A stretch of DNA of 63,909 nt, counting the filler, from Craspedostauros australis (lineage: Eukaryota), in NCBI GenBank assembly GCA_030167865.1. It is 15 parts of 15 records of this genome, joined end to end, with 100 filler letters (N's around TTAATTAATTAA, not from the genome) between each part and the next. Parts side by side here need not be neighbours in the genome. Positions count along the whole stretch, not along the records: positions 22,602 to 24,492 come from JALAGF010004341.1; positions 24,593 to 26,483 come from JALAGF010004342.1; positions 26,584 to 28,213 come from JALAGF010004343.1; positions 28,314 to 30,266 come from JALAGF010004344.1; positions 30,367 to 32,319 come from JALAGF010004345.1; positions 32,420 to 34,049 come from JALAGF010004346.1; positions 34,150 to 36,012 come from JALAGF010004347.1; 8 more parts are not named here. One strand, 5' to 3'. Under the pieces are notes generated by a model. That model had not been told where the DNA came from. It did not search any database and saw nothing but the letters and a program-made list of their open reading frames with translations. Positions 22,625-34,794 of this stretch are shown piece after piece. Numbering within the stretch: position 1 is the stretch's first letter; the number at the start of each line of letters is the position of its first letter. Position numbers and translations under genes: made by a program.

Positions 22625-24492
22625 TTAGAATTGTAGCTTCACGATACCGCGTAGCAGCTTCTTTACAGTTGTCGTGAGTCGAGCCTTGTTGAAGACGTCT
22701 CCCGGCTGTCGCAGGACTTCTGCCGTCATCGGACAAGGATGGATGACGGCGGATAGCGCGGTGATGCTTGTGCCAGATTGAATGGCCAGCGTGACTTCGG
22801 AGATCATGTTGCCAGCACCTTCTCCCACAACGGAGATACCGAGGATCATGCCCTTGCTGTCGACTCGTCTTGCCATCCAGAATGGCCCAATCGTTGTCCT
22901 TGAAGTGCTTCTCAATGATGGGTGCACGGAATCTCACGCTCATCCAGATCCTTGCCATACAGCCCGATGCTCGCGATCTCTTGGCTTGTGAATGTGGTGT
23001 ACGGAATCAGCAGCTTGGACATCTTCTCCTTGCCCAAGAACAGGGGGTTGTGGATGACGGCGCGGGACATGAAGTCGGAGCAGCAGTCTCCGACTCCGTA
23101 CACGCGACCGTTACTTGTCTGTAGCTTGGCGTTGATAAAGATGGTCTTCTCGTTGTCGTACTTCACCATTCCAAGTTCCAAGTCCATACCCATGACATTT
23201 GGACGACGCCCGGCAGCAACCAGCAATGCAGCGAAGACCAACTCGGTTGTGCATGCTGACGCCCCCTTCTCCAGCAACGTCATTTTCATCTCGGGGTATC
23301 CATTGTCCAGGACCTTGCCAGTCAATGCTACCTTCTTGTACTCCTTGACATTGAGGAGGAATTGGACGCCATCCTTGACCAGCTGTTGCTTGACGACCTC
23401 TGCCATGTCCTCGTCTTCCTTTGGGAGCACCTTGCCGGATCGACCCAGCACGGTCACCGAACTTTCCAACTGATGCATGGCTTGCGTCAGTTCCATTCCG
23501 ATCACGCCGGCACCAATGATGATCATGTTCTTCGGCTGCTTCGTCATGTTGAAGATGGTCTCGTTGGTCAAGACGATGGGACGCGACACGGCACCATCGG
23601 CAGACGGCGGTGTGTTGGCCTTTTCGTAAAGCTCCTTGAGTCCCAGCATTGGAATGAACGTCGGGTATCAGCCGGTCGCAATCGCGGTACGCTTGAATTG
23701 CAGAGTGCGACCGTTGACTTCGATGGTGCGTTTGGAGGTGAACTTTCCACGCCCAATGAAGATCTCGACGCCGAGCTCCATGGAGTACTGTTCTGCGGAA
23801 TCGTGATGATTGATGTCGCTGCGCACCTCGCGTATGCGTTCCATGACGCGTTCAAAATCGACGCGCACCGCGGATGGTGTGCGCAAGGTTCGCCGAATGA
23901 ATGATAGCCTTCGATGGCACAACCAACATTGAGTCTGTGATGTTGCAGCGTGCAATTTACGATGCGCGGGGATGGAATCGTGCATTGCGATTGTGTATGG
24001 ATTCCGGGAAGGAACGTCAGCAGCGAGGACGGTAACGACGGCAATGATGAGAATGACGGCACTTCCAATCATCAAATCCAAATGCGGCAGAGTAATGTGG
24101 TACAGCAACGCGATTAATAGCAATCTTCGATCATGTTGCGTTGCTACCCCTGAACAAATAATTCGCACGTACCAATCACCGCCCAACATGTGTTCCTCAA
24201 CCATTGCGACGCGTGCGCCGACACCTGCTGATGCACCCGCTGTGATGAGACCGGCCGTACCACCACCGATGACAACCAGATCGTCGGTATCATCTCCCTT
24301 TTCTGAAATAGGACCCTGCCATTCCGGTGGATGGACGTGATTCAACAAAGTGATGTTGTTTTCATCCAACGGCCAGACCTTGGAGGCCACGTGAATGTCG
24401 TTGGCGCGCCCTGCAGAGCCTTGCCCAGAATGACCGCTTCGTCGCGGTTCGGTGCCTGACCATTGGCGATCAAGAAGTCCACAGCTTCGGAA
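22625..24492 (-). pseudogene. Class-I pyridine nucleotide-disulfide oxidoreductase (mercuric-reductase/LPD-like) pseudogene with upstream DEP-like fragment, variant 1
   Basis: FAD motif 'VVIGGGTAG'; redox motif GGD|x-LNVGC split by intron 24172-23935; NAD(P) motif 'IIGAGVIGMEL'; 'AAGRRPN', 'VGD', 'IHPCP'. Lesions: 2-nt deletion after GC, loss of the FTHAA segment, C-terminal frameshifts, and an extra TGA at 23670-23668. Confidence 0.85.
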
Positions 24493-24615
24493 NNNNNNNN
24501 NNNNNNNNNNNNNNNNNNNNNNNNNNNNNNNNNNNNTTAATTAATTAANNNNNNNNNNNNNNNNNNNNNNNNNNNNNNNNNNNNNNNNNNNNTTCCATTC
24601 TACCTATTTCCACAA

Positions 24616-26483
24616 TTAGAATTGTAGCTTCACGATACCGCGTAGCAGCTTCTTTACAGTTGTCGTGAGTCGAGCCTTGTTGAAGACGTCTCCCGGCTGT
24701 CGCAGGACTTCTGCCGTCATCGGACAAGGATGGATGACGGCGGATAGCGCGGTGATGCTTGTGCCAGATTGAATGGCCAGCGTGACTTCGGAGATCATGT
24801 TGCCAGCACCTTCTCCCACAACGGAGATACCGAGGATCATGCCCTTGCTGTCGACTCGTCTTGCCATCCAGAATGGCCCAATCGTTGTCCTTGAAGTGCT
24901 TCTCAATGATGGGTGCACGGAATCTCACGCTCATCCAGATCCTTGCCATACAGCCCGATGCTCGCGATCTCTTGGCTTGTGAATGTGGTGTACGGAATCA
25001 GCAGCTTGGACATCTTCTCCTTGCCCAAGAACAGGGGGTTGTGGATGACGGCGCGGGACATGAAGTCGGAGCAGCAGTCTCCGACTCCGTACACGCGACC
25101 GTTACTTGTCTGTAGCTTGGCGTTGATAAAGATGGTCTTCTCGTTGTCGTACTTCACTTTTCCAAGTTCCAAGTCCATACCCGTGACATTTGGACGACGC
25201 CCGGCAGCAACCAGCAATGCATCGAAGACCAACTCAGTCGTGCCTGCTGACGCCCCCTTCTCCAGCAACGTCCTTTTCATCTCGGGGTATCCATTGTTCA
25301 GGACCTTGCCTGTCAATGCCACCTTCTTGTACTCCTTGACATTGAGGAGGAATTGGACGCCATCCTTGACCAGCTGTTGCTTGACGACCTCTGCCGTGTC
25401 CTCGTCTTCCTTTGGCAGCACCTTGCCGGATCGACCCAGCACGGTCACCGGAGTTTCCAACTGATGCATGGCTTGCGCCAGTTCCATTCCGATCACGCCG
25501 GCACCAATGACGACCATATTCCTCGGCTGCTTCGCCATGTTGAAGATGGTCTCGTTGGTCAAAACGATGGGACGCGACATGGCACCATCGGCAGACGGCG
25601 GTGTGTTGGCCTTTTCGTAAAGCTCCTTGAGTCCCGACATTGGAATGAGCGTCGGGTATCCGCCGGTCGCAATCGCGGCACGCTTGAATTTCAGAGTGCG
25701 ACCGTTGACTTCGATGGTGCGTTCGGAGGTGAAGTTTCCACGCCCAATGAAGATCTCGTCGCCGAGCTCCTTGGAGTACCGTTCTGCGGAATCGTGATGA
25801 CTGATGTCGCTGCGCACCTCGCGTATGCGTTCCATGACGCGTTCAAAATCGACGCGCACCGCGGATGGTGTGCGCAAGGTTCGCCGAATGAATGATAGCC
25901 TTCGATGGCACAACCAACATTGAGTCTGTGATGTTGCAGCGTGCAATTTACGATGCGCGGGGATGGAATCGTGCATTGCGATTGTGTATGGATTCCGGGA
26001 AGGAACGTCAGCAGCGAGGACGGTAACGACGGCAATGATGAGAATGACGGCACTTCCAATCATCAAATCCAAATGCGGCAGAGTAATGTGGTACAGCAAC
26101 GCGATTAATAGCAATCTTCGATCATGTTGCGTTGCTACCCCTGAACAAATAATTCGCACGTACCAATCACCGCCCAACATGTGTTCCTCAACCATTGCGA
26201 CGCGTGCGCCGACACCTGCTGATGCACCCGCTGTGATGAGACCGGCCGTACCACCACCGATGACAACCAGATCGTCGGTATCATCTCCCTTTTCTGAAAT
26301 AGGACCCTGCCATTCCGGTGGATGGACGTGATTCAACAAAGTGATGTTGTTTTCATCCAACGGCCAGACCTTGGAGGCCACGTGAATGTCGTTGGCGCGC
26401 CCTGCAGAGCCTTGCCCAGAATGACCGCTTCGTCGCGGTTCGGTGCCTGACCATTGGCGATCAAGAAGTCCACAGCTTCGGAA
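24616..26483 (-). pseudogene. Same oxidoreductase pseudogene, variant 2 (intron 26163-25926)
   Basis: Same length and flanks as variant 1; differs by SNPs in the middle block (GGY instead of G*Y); shares the frameshifts and deletions. Confidence 0.85.
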
Positions 26484-26583
26484 NNNNNNNNNNNNNNNNN
26501 NNNNNNNNNNNNNNNNNNNNNNNNNNNTTAATTAATTAANNNNNNNNNNNNNNNNNNNNNNNNNNNNNNNNNNNNNNNNNNNN

Positions 26584-28213
26584 CGGTAGTGGGTGGTAGT
26601 GCAGGAACCCCCCCTTGACCCTGTGTCCCTTGCCGCATGGTGGTACCACGGCGGTCTGGAAGACGGCCAGACATGCCACGAATGCGTGAGCGCAGATGCC
26701 TGATTGCACGTCGAACAGAGGCAGGGAGACTTTGGAACGTGTCGCCATCAATGTAGTCAGGGTCGTCCGACAGCCGTGTGAGGTGAGGCTGGGCTGCATA
26801 AACGAGTGCCTCAGCATGAGCATCGTCGCATGCCAGTTTCTGCGCGAGGAAGACAATGCTGTCATTGATGGCGGTGGGAGGTTCTGTTTCCTGGTAGATG
26901 TGATGCTGTGTGGTGACAGACTGGATGGCACGATCACGTGGGCGTGCTTTTCGTCGGTGTAGGGACTGCTGAACTGTACGTTGTTCACGTGCTAGGGCCT
27001 GGATGTTGGTACAGAATGCTTGGAATGAGAATGTCCGGTCGTTGGTGCGGACCAAATTCATCCAGCCAACGTACTCCTGGTTCTGGGATGCGATGATTGC
27101 CCGACTGAGCTCCTCGCACATGGCCACATCGTCAAACTTGTCACGGTCTCGAGCAACCTCGTCGTTGTAGGCCAAGATGTTGTCCCTGAAGTCATCGATG
27201 TACTGTACCAGGTCGTCAGTGGGGCGAAGCTGGCGTCGTGTGCGGTCAACCAGTGCGGTGGATCGCATCTTGCGGTTGTGACGGTTGTCGCAAGCCTCCA
27301 GCATCTCCTGCCAGATGCGCACACCGTTCCGGTCATTCGATCCACGAAGAAGATATCCAATACTGGATTCCCCAACAGCGTCATCAAGGAAACGAGCCAG
27401 GAGTCCCATGTCGGACTTCAACTGGACAGCATCGATGGGCAGGGGGCCTTCATAGAAGTCATCCAGGTAGTAGTCAAGTACCTTGCGACCGTGTTTGCTG
27501 TGCAGCTTGGCAAAGACGGGGTTGAGCAGGTATCCCATTCCATAGGGCATAAGGAAGCCAGTGAAGGCNNNNNNNNNNNNNNNNNNNNNNNNNNNNNNNG
27601 TGAGCTTGTAGCGGCTTGGTAGGCTGGTGGGACGCTTGATCTTGGCAACTGTGGATGCAGGTCGGGAAGCCCGGGCCGACGAGGTGGAGGTGGAGTCATC
27701 CATACTACCAGCGTTGTCTGTTGCGGCAAAGGTCGTTGTTGCTGTGCGCGGTGGTGGGCTTGTTCCTTGTGTTGGAGGCACGCTGAGGGTTGCAACAGGT
27801 GTTCCTGCATGTTGCGTGCTTGCCGGTGGTGTGTTGACGGTTGGGTTGTCGACTGATGCAGCCCACTCAGTTGGGGAGTGTACAGGATGCTTGTAGCATG
27901 CTTTGTTGAGAGCAAGNNNNNNNNNNNNNNNNNNNNNNNNNNNNNNNNNNNNNCCGACGTCCGGAGGGAACATGAAATCTTGTGCTGCTTCATCGAATTC
28001 ATCCGGATCAATCATGTCAAGTTGGACACTGCTTATGTCATCAGTCCCTGGTGTAAACACTCCCTTCTTTGAGCAGTACGCGTGGAAAGCATACATGCGC
28101 TGAACATCAGCAACCATGGGTTGCGGGTTCACGGGGTGACGCATGTTGTTAAGGTTCGCTGCAAGTGGCTGTGACCCAAAGTATGCAAGGCGTCTGACGA
28201 TGTTGGCTTTTGC
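26584..28213 (-). mobile_element. Copia-like gag fragment, variant 1
   Basis: Open frame with 'NDRNGVRIWQEML' (gag DG..AW..L-like), 'LVQYIDDFR' and 'YIDGDTFQSLPASVRRAIRHLR'; multicopy. Confidence 0.6.
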
Positions 28214-28313
28214 NNNNNNNNNNNNNNNNNNNNNNNNNNNNNNNNNNNNNNNNNNNNTTAATTAATTAANNNNNNNNNNNNNNNNNNNNNNNNNNNNNNN
28301 NNNNNNNNNNNNN

Positions 28314-30266
28314 CGGTAGTGGGTGGTAGTGCAGGAACCCCCCCTTGACCCTGTGTCCCTTGCCGCATGGTGGTACCACGGCGGTCTGGAAGACGGCCAG
28401 ACATGCCACGAATGCGTGAGCGCAGATGCCTGATTGCACGTCGAACAGAGGCAGGGAGACTTTGGAACGTGTCGCCATCAATGTAGTCAGGGTCGTCCGA
28501 CAGCCGTGTGAGGTGAGGCTGGGCTGCATAAACGAGTGCCTCAGCATGAGCATCGTCGCATGCCAGTTTCTGCGCGAGGAAGACAATGCTGTCATTGATG
28601 GCGGTGGGAGGTTCTGTTTCCTGGTAGATGTGATGCTGTGTGGTGACAGACTGGATGGCACGATCACGTGGGCGTGCTTTTCGTCGGTGTAGGGACTGCT
28701 GAACTGTACGTTGTTCACGTGCTAGGGCCTGGATGTTGGTACAGAATGCTTGGAATGAGAATGTCCGGTCGTTGGTGCGGACCAAATTCATCCAGCCAAC
28801 GTACTCCTGGTTCTGGGATGCGATGATTGCCCGACTGAGCTCCTCGCACATGGCCACATCGTCAAACTTGTCACGGTCTCGAGCAACCTCGTCGTTGTAG
28901 GCCAAGATGTTGTCCCTGAAGTCATCGATGTACTGTACCAGGTCGTCAGTGGGGCGAAGCTGGCGTCGTGTGCGGTCAACCAGTGCGGTGGATCGCATCT
29001 TGCGGTTGTGACGGTTGTCGCAAGCCTCCAGCATCTCCTGCCAGATGCGCACACCGTTCCGGTCATTCGATCCACGAAGAAGATATCCAATACTGGATTC
29101 CCCAACAGCGTCATCAAGGAAACGAGCCAGGAGTCCCATGTCGGACTTCAACTGGACAGCATCGATGGGCAGGGGGCCTTCATAGAAGTCATCCAGGTAG
29201 TAGTCAAGTACCTTGCGACCGTGTTTGCTGTGCAGCTTGGCAAAGACGGGGTTGAGCAGGTATCCCATTCCATAGGGCATAAGGAAGCCAGTGAAGGCNN
29301 NNNNNNNNNNNNNNNNNNNNNNNNNNNNNGTGAGCTTGTAGCGGCTTGGTAGGCTGGTGGGACGCTTGATCTTGGCAACTGTGGATGCAGGTCGGGAAGC
29401 CCGGGCCGACGAGGTGGAGGTGGAGTCACTCACGCTACCAGCATTGCCTGTTGCGGCAAAGGTCGTTGTTGCTGTGCGCGGCGGTGGGTTTGTTCCTTGC
29501 GTTGGAGGCACACTGAGGGTTGCAACAGGTGTGTCTTCGTGTCGCATGCTTGCCGGTGGTGTGTTGACAGTTGGGTTGGCGACTGATGCAGCCCACTCAG
29601 TTGGGGAGTGTACAGGATGCTTGTAGCATGCTTTGTTGAGAGCAAGATTGCTAGTAGCAACAGTCCGAAACACCTCTATGTGGCCGACGTCCGGAGGGAA
29701 CATGAAATCTTGTGCGGCTTCATCGAATTCATCCGGATCAATCATGTCAAGTTGGACACTGCTAATGTCATCAGTCCCTGGTGTAAACACTCCCTTCTTC
29801 GTGCAGTACGCGTGGAAAGCATACATGCGCTGAACGTCAGCAATCATGGGTTGCGGGTTCACGGGGTGACGCATGTTGTTAAGGTTCGCTGTAAGTGGCC
29901 GTGACCCGAAGTATGCAAGGCGTCTGATGATGTTGGCTTTTGCGAGGCCTCTGTTGGCTGCTCGTGGGCTGAAGAGGGGGAAAAGGTACACAAAGGCTTT
30001 GGAGAACCCCAGGTCGTCAACGAGGTAGTTGATGACAGCGATGGTCTCTGGTGGTGGCTCTGGAGGCATCCGGAAGGATGTGGTCGACAACCCAGCCAGG
30101 GAGCCTCCAGTCACATCAGCCATTGTGTCAACGTGTTCGTACGTACCAGCCAAAACCCCCCTGTTCACCAAAGCCACGAACCGAACGGCGCGATCGTCAA
30201 ACCTCAAGCACTCCTGCAGCCCACGGAGCCCTCGTGCAAACCTGCGGCGGGCGAGAAAGGGCACGG
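28314..30266 (-). mobile_element. Copia-like gag fragment, variant 2
   Basis: As variant 1 with a longer 5' part; likely start at MADVTGG. Confidence 0.6.
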
Positions 30267-30366
30267 NNNNNNNNNNNNNNNNNNNNNNNNNNNNNNNNNN
30301 NNNNNNNNNNTTAATTAATTAANNNNNNNNNNNNNNNNNNNNNNNNNNNNNNNNNNNNNNNNNNNN

Positions 30367-32319
30367 CGGTAGTGGGTGGTAGTGCAGGAACCCCCCCTTG
30401 ACCCTGTGTCCCTTGCCGCATGGTGGTACCACGGCGGTCTGGAAGACGGCCAGACATGCCACGAATGCGTGAGCGCAGATGCCTGATTGCACGTCGAACA
30501 GAGGCAGGGAGACTTTGGAACGTGTCGCCATCAATGTAGTCAGGGTCGTCCGACAGCCGTGTGAGGTGAGGCTGGGCTGCATAAACGAGTGCCTCAGCAT
30601 GAGCATCGTCGCATGCCAGTTTCTGCGCGAGGAAGACAATGCTGTCATTGATGGCGGTGGGAGGTTCTGTTTCCTGGTAGATGTGATGCTGTGTGGTGAC
30701 AGACTGGATGGCACGATCACGTGGGCGTGCTTTTCGTCGGTGTAGGGACTGCTGAACTGTACGTTGTTCACGTGCTAGGGCCTGGATGTTGGTACAGAAT
30801 GCTTGGAATGAGAATGTCCGGTCGTTGGTGCGGACCAAATTCATCCAGCCAACGTACTCCTGGTTCTGGGATGCGATGATTGCCCGACTGAGCTCCTCGC
30901 ACATGGCCACATCGTCAAACTTGTCACGGTCTCGAGCAACCTCGTCGTTGTAGGCCAAGATGTTGTCCCTGAAGTCATCGATGTACTGTACCAGGTCGTC
31001 AGTGGGGCGAAGCTGGCGTCGTGTGCGGTCAACCAGTGCGGTGGATCGCATCTTGCGGTTGTGACGGTTGTCGCAAGCCTCCAGCATCTCCTGCCAGATG
31101 CGCACACCGTTCCGGTCATTCGATCCACGAAGAAGATATCCAATACTGGATTCCCCAACAGCGTCATCAAGGAAACGAGCCAGGAGTCCCATGTCGGACT
31201 TCAACTGGACAGCATCGATGGGCAGGGGGCCTTCATAGAAGTCATCCAGGTAGTAGTCAAGTACCTTGCGACCGTGTTTGCTGTGCAGCTTGGCAAAGAC
31301 GGGGTTGAGCAGGTATCCCATTCCATAGGGCATAAGGAAGCCAGTGAAGGCATTCTTGAACTTGGTGAACTGCATCTCGTCGGTGAGCTTATAGCGGCTT
31401 GGTAGGCTGGTGGGACGCTTGATCTTGGCAACCGTGGATGCAGGTCGGGAAGCCCGGGCTGACGAGGTGGAGGTGGAGTCATCCACGCTACCAGCGTTGT
31501 CTGTTGCGGCAAAGGTCGTTGTTGCTGTGCGCAGTGGTGGGCTTGTTCTTCGTGTTGGAGGCACGCTGAGGGTCGCAACAGGTGTGTCTACATGTTGCGT
31601 GCTCGCCGGTGGTGTGTTGACGGTTGGGTTGTCGACTGATGCAGCCCACTCAGTTGGGGAGTGTACAGGATGCTTGTAGCATGCTTTGTTGAGAGCAAGN
31701 TTGCTAGTAGCAACAGTCCGAAACACCTCTATGTGGCCGACGTCCGGAGGGAACATGAAATCTTGTGCTGCTTCATCGAATTCATCCGGATCAATCATGT
31801 CAAGGCGGACACTGCTAATGTCATCAGTCCCTGGTGTAAACACTCCCTTCTTCGAGCAGTACGCATGGAAAGCATACATGCGCTGAACATCAGCAACCAT
31901 GGGTTGCGGGTTCACGGGGTGACGCATGTTGTTAAGGTTTGCTGCAAGTGGTCGTGACCCAAAGTATGCAAGGCGTCTGACGATGTTGGCTTTTGCGAGG
32001 CCTCTGTTGGCTGCTCGTGGGCTGAAGAGGGGGAAAAGGTACACAAAGGCTTTGGAGAACCCCAGGTCGTCAACAAGGTAGTTGATGACAGCGGTGGTCT
32101 CTGGTGGTGGCTCTGGAGGCATCCGGAAGGATGTGGTCGACAACCCAGCCAGGGAGCCTCCAGTCACATCAGCCATTGTGTCAACGTGTTCGTACGTACC
32201 AGCCAAAACCCCCCTGTTCACCAAAGCCACGAACCGAACGGCGCGATCGTCAAACCTCAAGCACTCCTGCAGCCCACGGAGCCCTCGTGCAAACCTGCGG
32301 CGGGCGAGAAAGGGCACGG
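30367..32319 (-). mobile_element. Copia-like gag fragment, variant 3
   Basis: As variant 2 and essentially gap-free; includes 'YKLTDEMQFTKFKNAFTGFL'. Confidence 0.6.
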
Positions 32320-32419
32320 NNNNNNNNNNNNNNNNNNNNNNNNNNNNNNNNNNNNNNNNNNNNTTAATTAATTAANNNNNNNNNNNNNNNNNNNNNNNNN
32401 NNNNNNNNNNNNNNNNNNN

Positions 32420-34049
32420 CGGTAGTGGGTGGTAGTGCAGGAACCCCCCCTTGACCCTGTGTCCCTTGCCGCATGGTGGTACCACGGCGGTCTGGAAGAC
32501 GGCCAGACATGCCACGAATGCGTGAGCGCAGATGCCTGATTGCACGTCGAACAGAGGCAGGGAGACTTTGGAACGTGTCGCCATCAATGTAGTCAGGGTC
32601 GTCCGACAGCCGTGTGAGGTGAGGCTGGGCTGCATAAACGAGTGCCTCAGCATGAGCATCGTCGCATGCCAGTTTCTGCGCGAGGAAGACAATGCTGTCA
32701 TTGATGGCGGTGGGAGGTTCTGTTTCCTGGTAGATGTGATGCTGTGTGGTGACAGACTGGATGGCACGATCACGTGGGCGTGCTTTTCGTCGGTGTAGGG
32801 ACTGCTGAACTGTACGTTGTTCACGTGCTAGGGCCTGGATGTTGGTACAGAATGCTTGGAATGAGAATGTCCGGTCGTTGGTGCGGACCAAATTCATCCA
32901 GCCAACGTACTCCTGGTTCTGGGATGCGATGATTGCCCGACTGAGCTCCTCGCACATGGCCACATCGTCAAACTTGTCACGGTCTCGAGCAACCTCGTCG
33001 TTGTAGGCCAAGATGTTGTCCCTGAAGTCATCGATGTACTGTACCAGGTCGTCAGTGGGGCGAAGCTGGCGTCGTGTGCGGTCAACCAGTGCGGTGGATC
33101 GCATCTTGCGGTTGTGACGGTTGTCGCAAGCCTCCAGCATCTCCTGCCAGATGCGCACACCGTTCCGGTCATTCGATCCACGAAGAAGATATCCAATACT
33201 GGATTCCCCAACAGCGTCATCAAGGAAACGAGCCAGGAGTCCCATGTCGGACTTCAACTGGACAGCATCGATGGGCAGGGGGCCTTCATAGAAGTCATCC
33301 AGGTAGTAGTCAAGTACCTTGCGACCGTGTTTGCTGTGCAGCTTGGCAAAGACGGGGTTGAGCAGGTATCCCATTCCATAGGGCATAAGGAAGCCAGTGA
33401 AGGCATTCTTGAACTTGGTGAACTGCATCTCGTCAGTGAGCTTATAGCGGCTTGGTAGGCTGGTGGGACGCTTGATCTTGGCAACCGTGGATGCAGGTCG
33501 GGAAGCCCGGGCCGACGAGGTGGAGGTGGAGTCATCCACACTACCAGCGTTGTCTGTGGCGGCAAAGGTCGTTGTTGCTGTGCGCGGTGGTAGGCTTGTT
33601 CCTCGTGTTGGAGGCACGCTGAGGGTTGCAACAGGTGTTCCTGCATGTTGCGTGCTCGCCGGTGGTGTGTTGACGGTTGGGTTGTCGACTGATGCAGCCC
33701 ACTCAGTTGGGGAGTGTACAGGATGCTTGTAGCATGCTTTGTTGAGAGCAAGNNNNNNNNNNNNNNNNNNNNNNNNNNNNNNNNNNNNNCCGACGTCCGG
33801 AGGGAACATGAAATCTTGTGCTGCTTCATCGAATTCATCCGGATCAATCATGTCAAGTTGGACACTGCTTATGTCATCAGTCCCTGGTGTAAACACTCCC
33901 TTCTTTGAGCAGTACGCGTGGAAAGCATACATGCGCTGAACATCAGCAACCATGGGTTGCGGGTTCACGGGGTGACGCATGTTGTTAAGGTTCGCTGCAA
34001 GTGGCTGTGACCCAAAGTATGCAAGGCGTCTGACGATGTTGGCTTTTGC
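32420..34049 (-). mobile_element. Copia-like gag fragment, variant 4
   Basis: Same boundaries as variant 1. Confidence 0.6.
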
Positions 34050-34794
34050 NNNNNNNNNNNNNNNNNNNNNNNNNNNNNNNNNNNNNNNNNNNNTTAATTA
34101 ATTAANNNNNNNNNNNNNNNNNNNNNNNNNNNNNNNNNNNNNNNNNNNNCCCAATGTGGCTCCTCGTGAGACTCTGAAATATGAGGCGCATGGCGAAGGA
34201 GCCAACACCGCGTAACAAATGTGCAAGGGGCGGAGATGAACGACTCGCGACCAACTTCACCATAACGTGATAATTGCCCCATGTCGCAGCAAACAAGAAA
34301 AGAGGTTTCGAAAAGGACCAGGGTCACGAAGTGCTAAATGGCACGCGTGCGAGCCCCACATGACAAGCCGGCGAGTGTTGAGTGACGACGGATGACTGCC
34401 TCAACACGAGACATTGTGAAAACAGTCATCGGACCTGTTTTCGTGGAACGTGGAGATGGCGAACCCTGAATGGGGTCCTATTGTGAGTTGTCCGAGGACT
34501 ATTTCCGACCAGTATTTTCGATGAAAACGATTAGTAAAGAGGGAAGAAGTACATTGAAAGCTGTCATGGCCTGGCCGAGTACTGGAGGTCACCGAAGGCT
34601 TGCATGCCCCGGTTGTACGCCCTCTGACTAACTCCCACAAGTACAATATTCCACAAAACAAGAGCTGACCCAATTGCCGACGGTTGCGATTGAGAAGCTG
34701 CTGGGTATTGGCAGGGCAAGGCGAAGAAGCAAGGCAAGGCCCGCGGCAGCAGGACTGCGAGACCAACGCAACGACTTCCAACCCTCAATCAACG

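Noticed and set aside
22625..26483. Functional mercuric reductase (merA)
   Set aside because: No C-terminal Cys-Cys pair or NmerA domain, and multiple frameshifts and deletions. The 492-aa ORF is an intron read-through.
26584..34049. Apparent tandem array of four genes
   Set aside because: The units are separate contigs with shared end points; the tandem arrangement is artificial.
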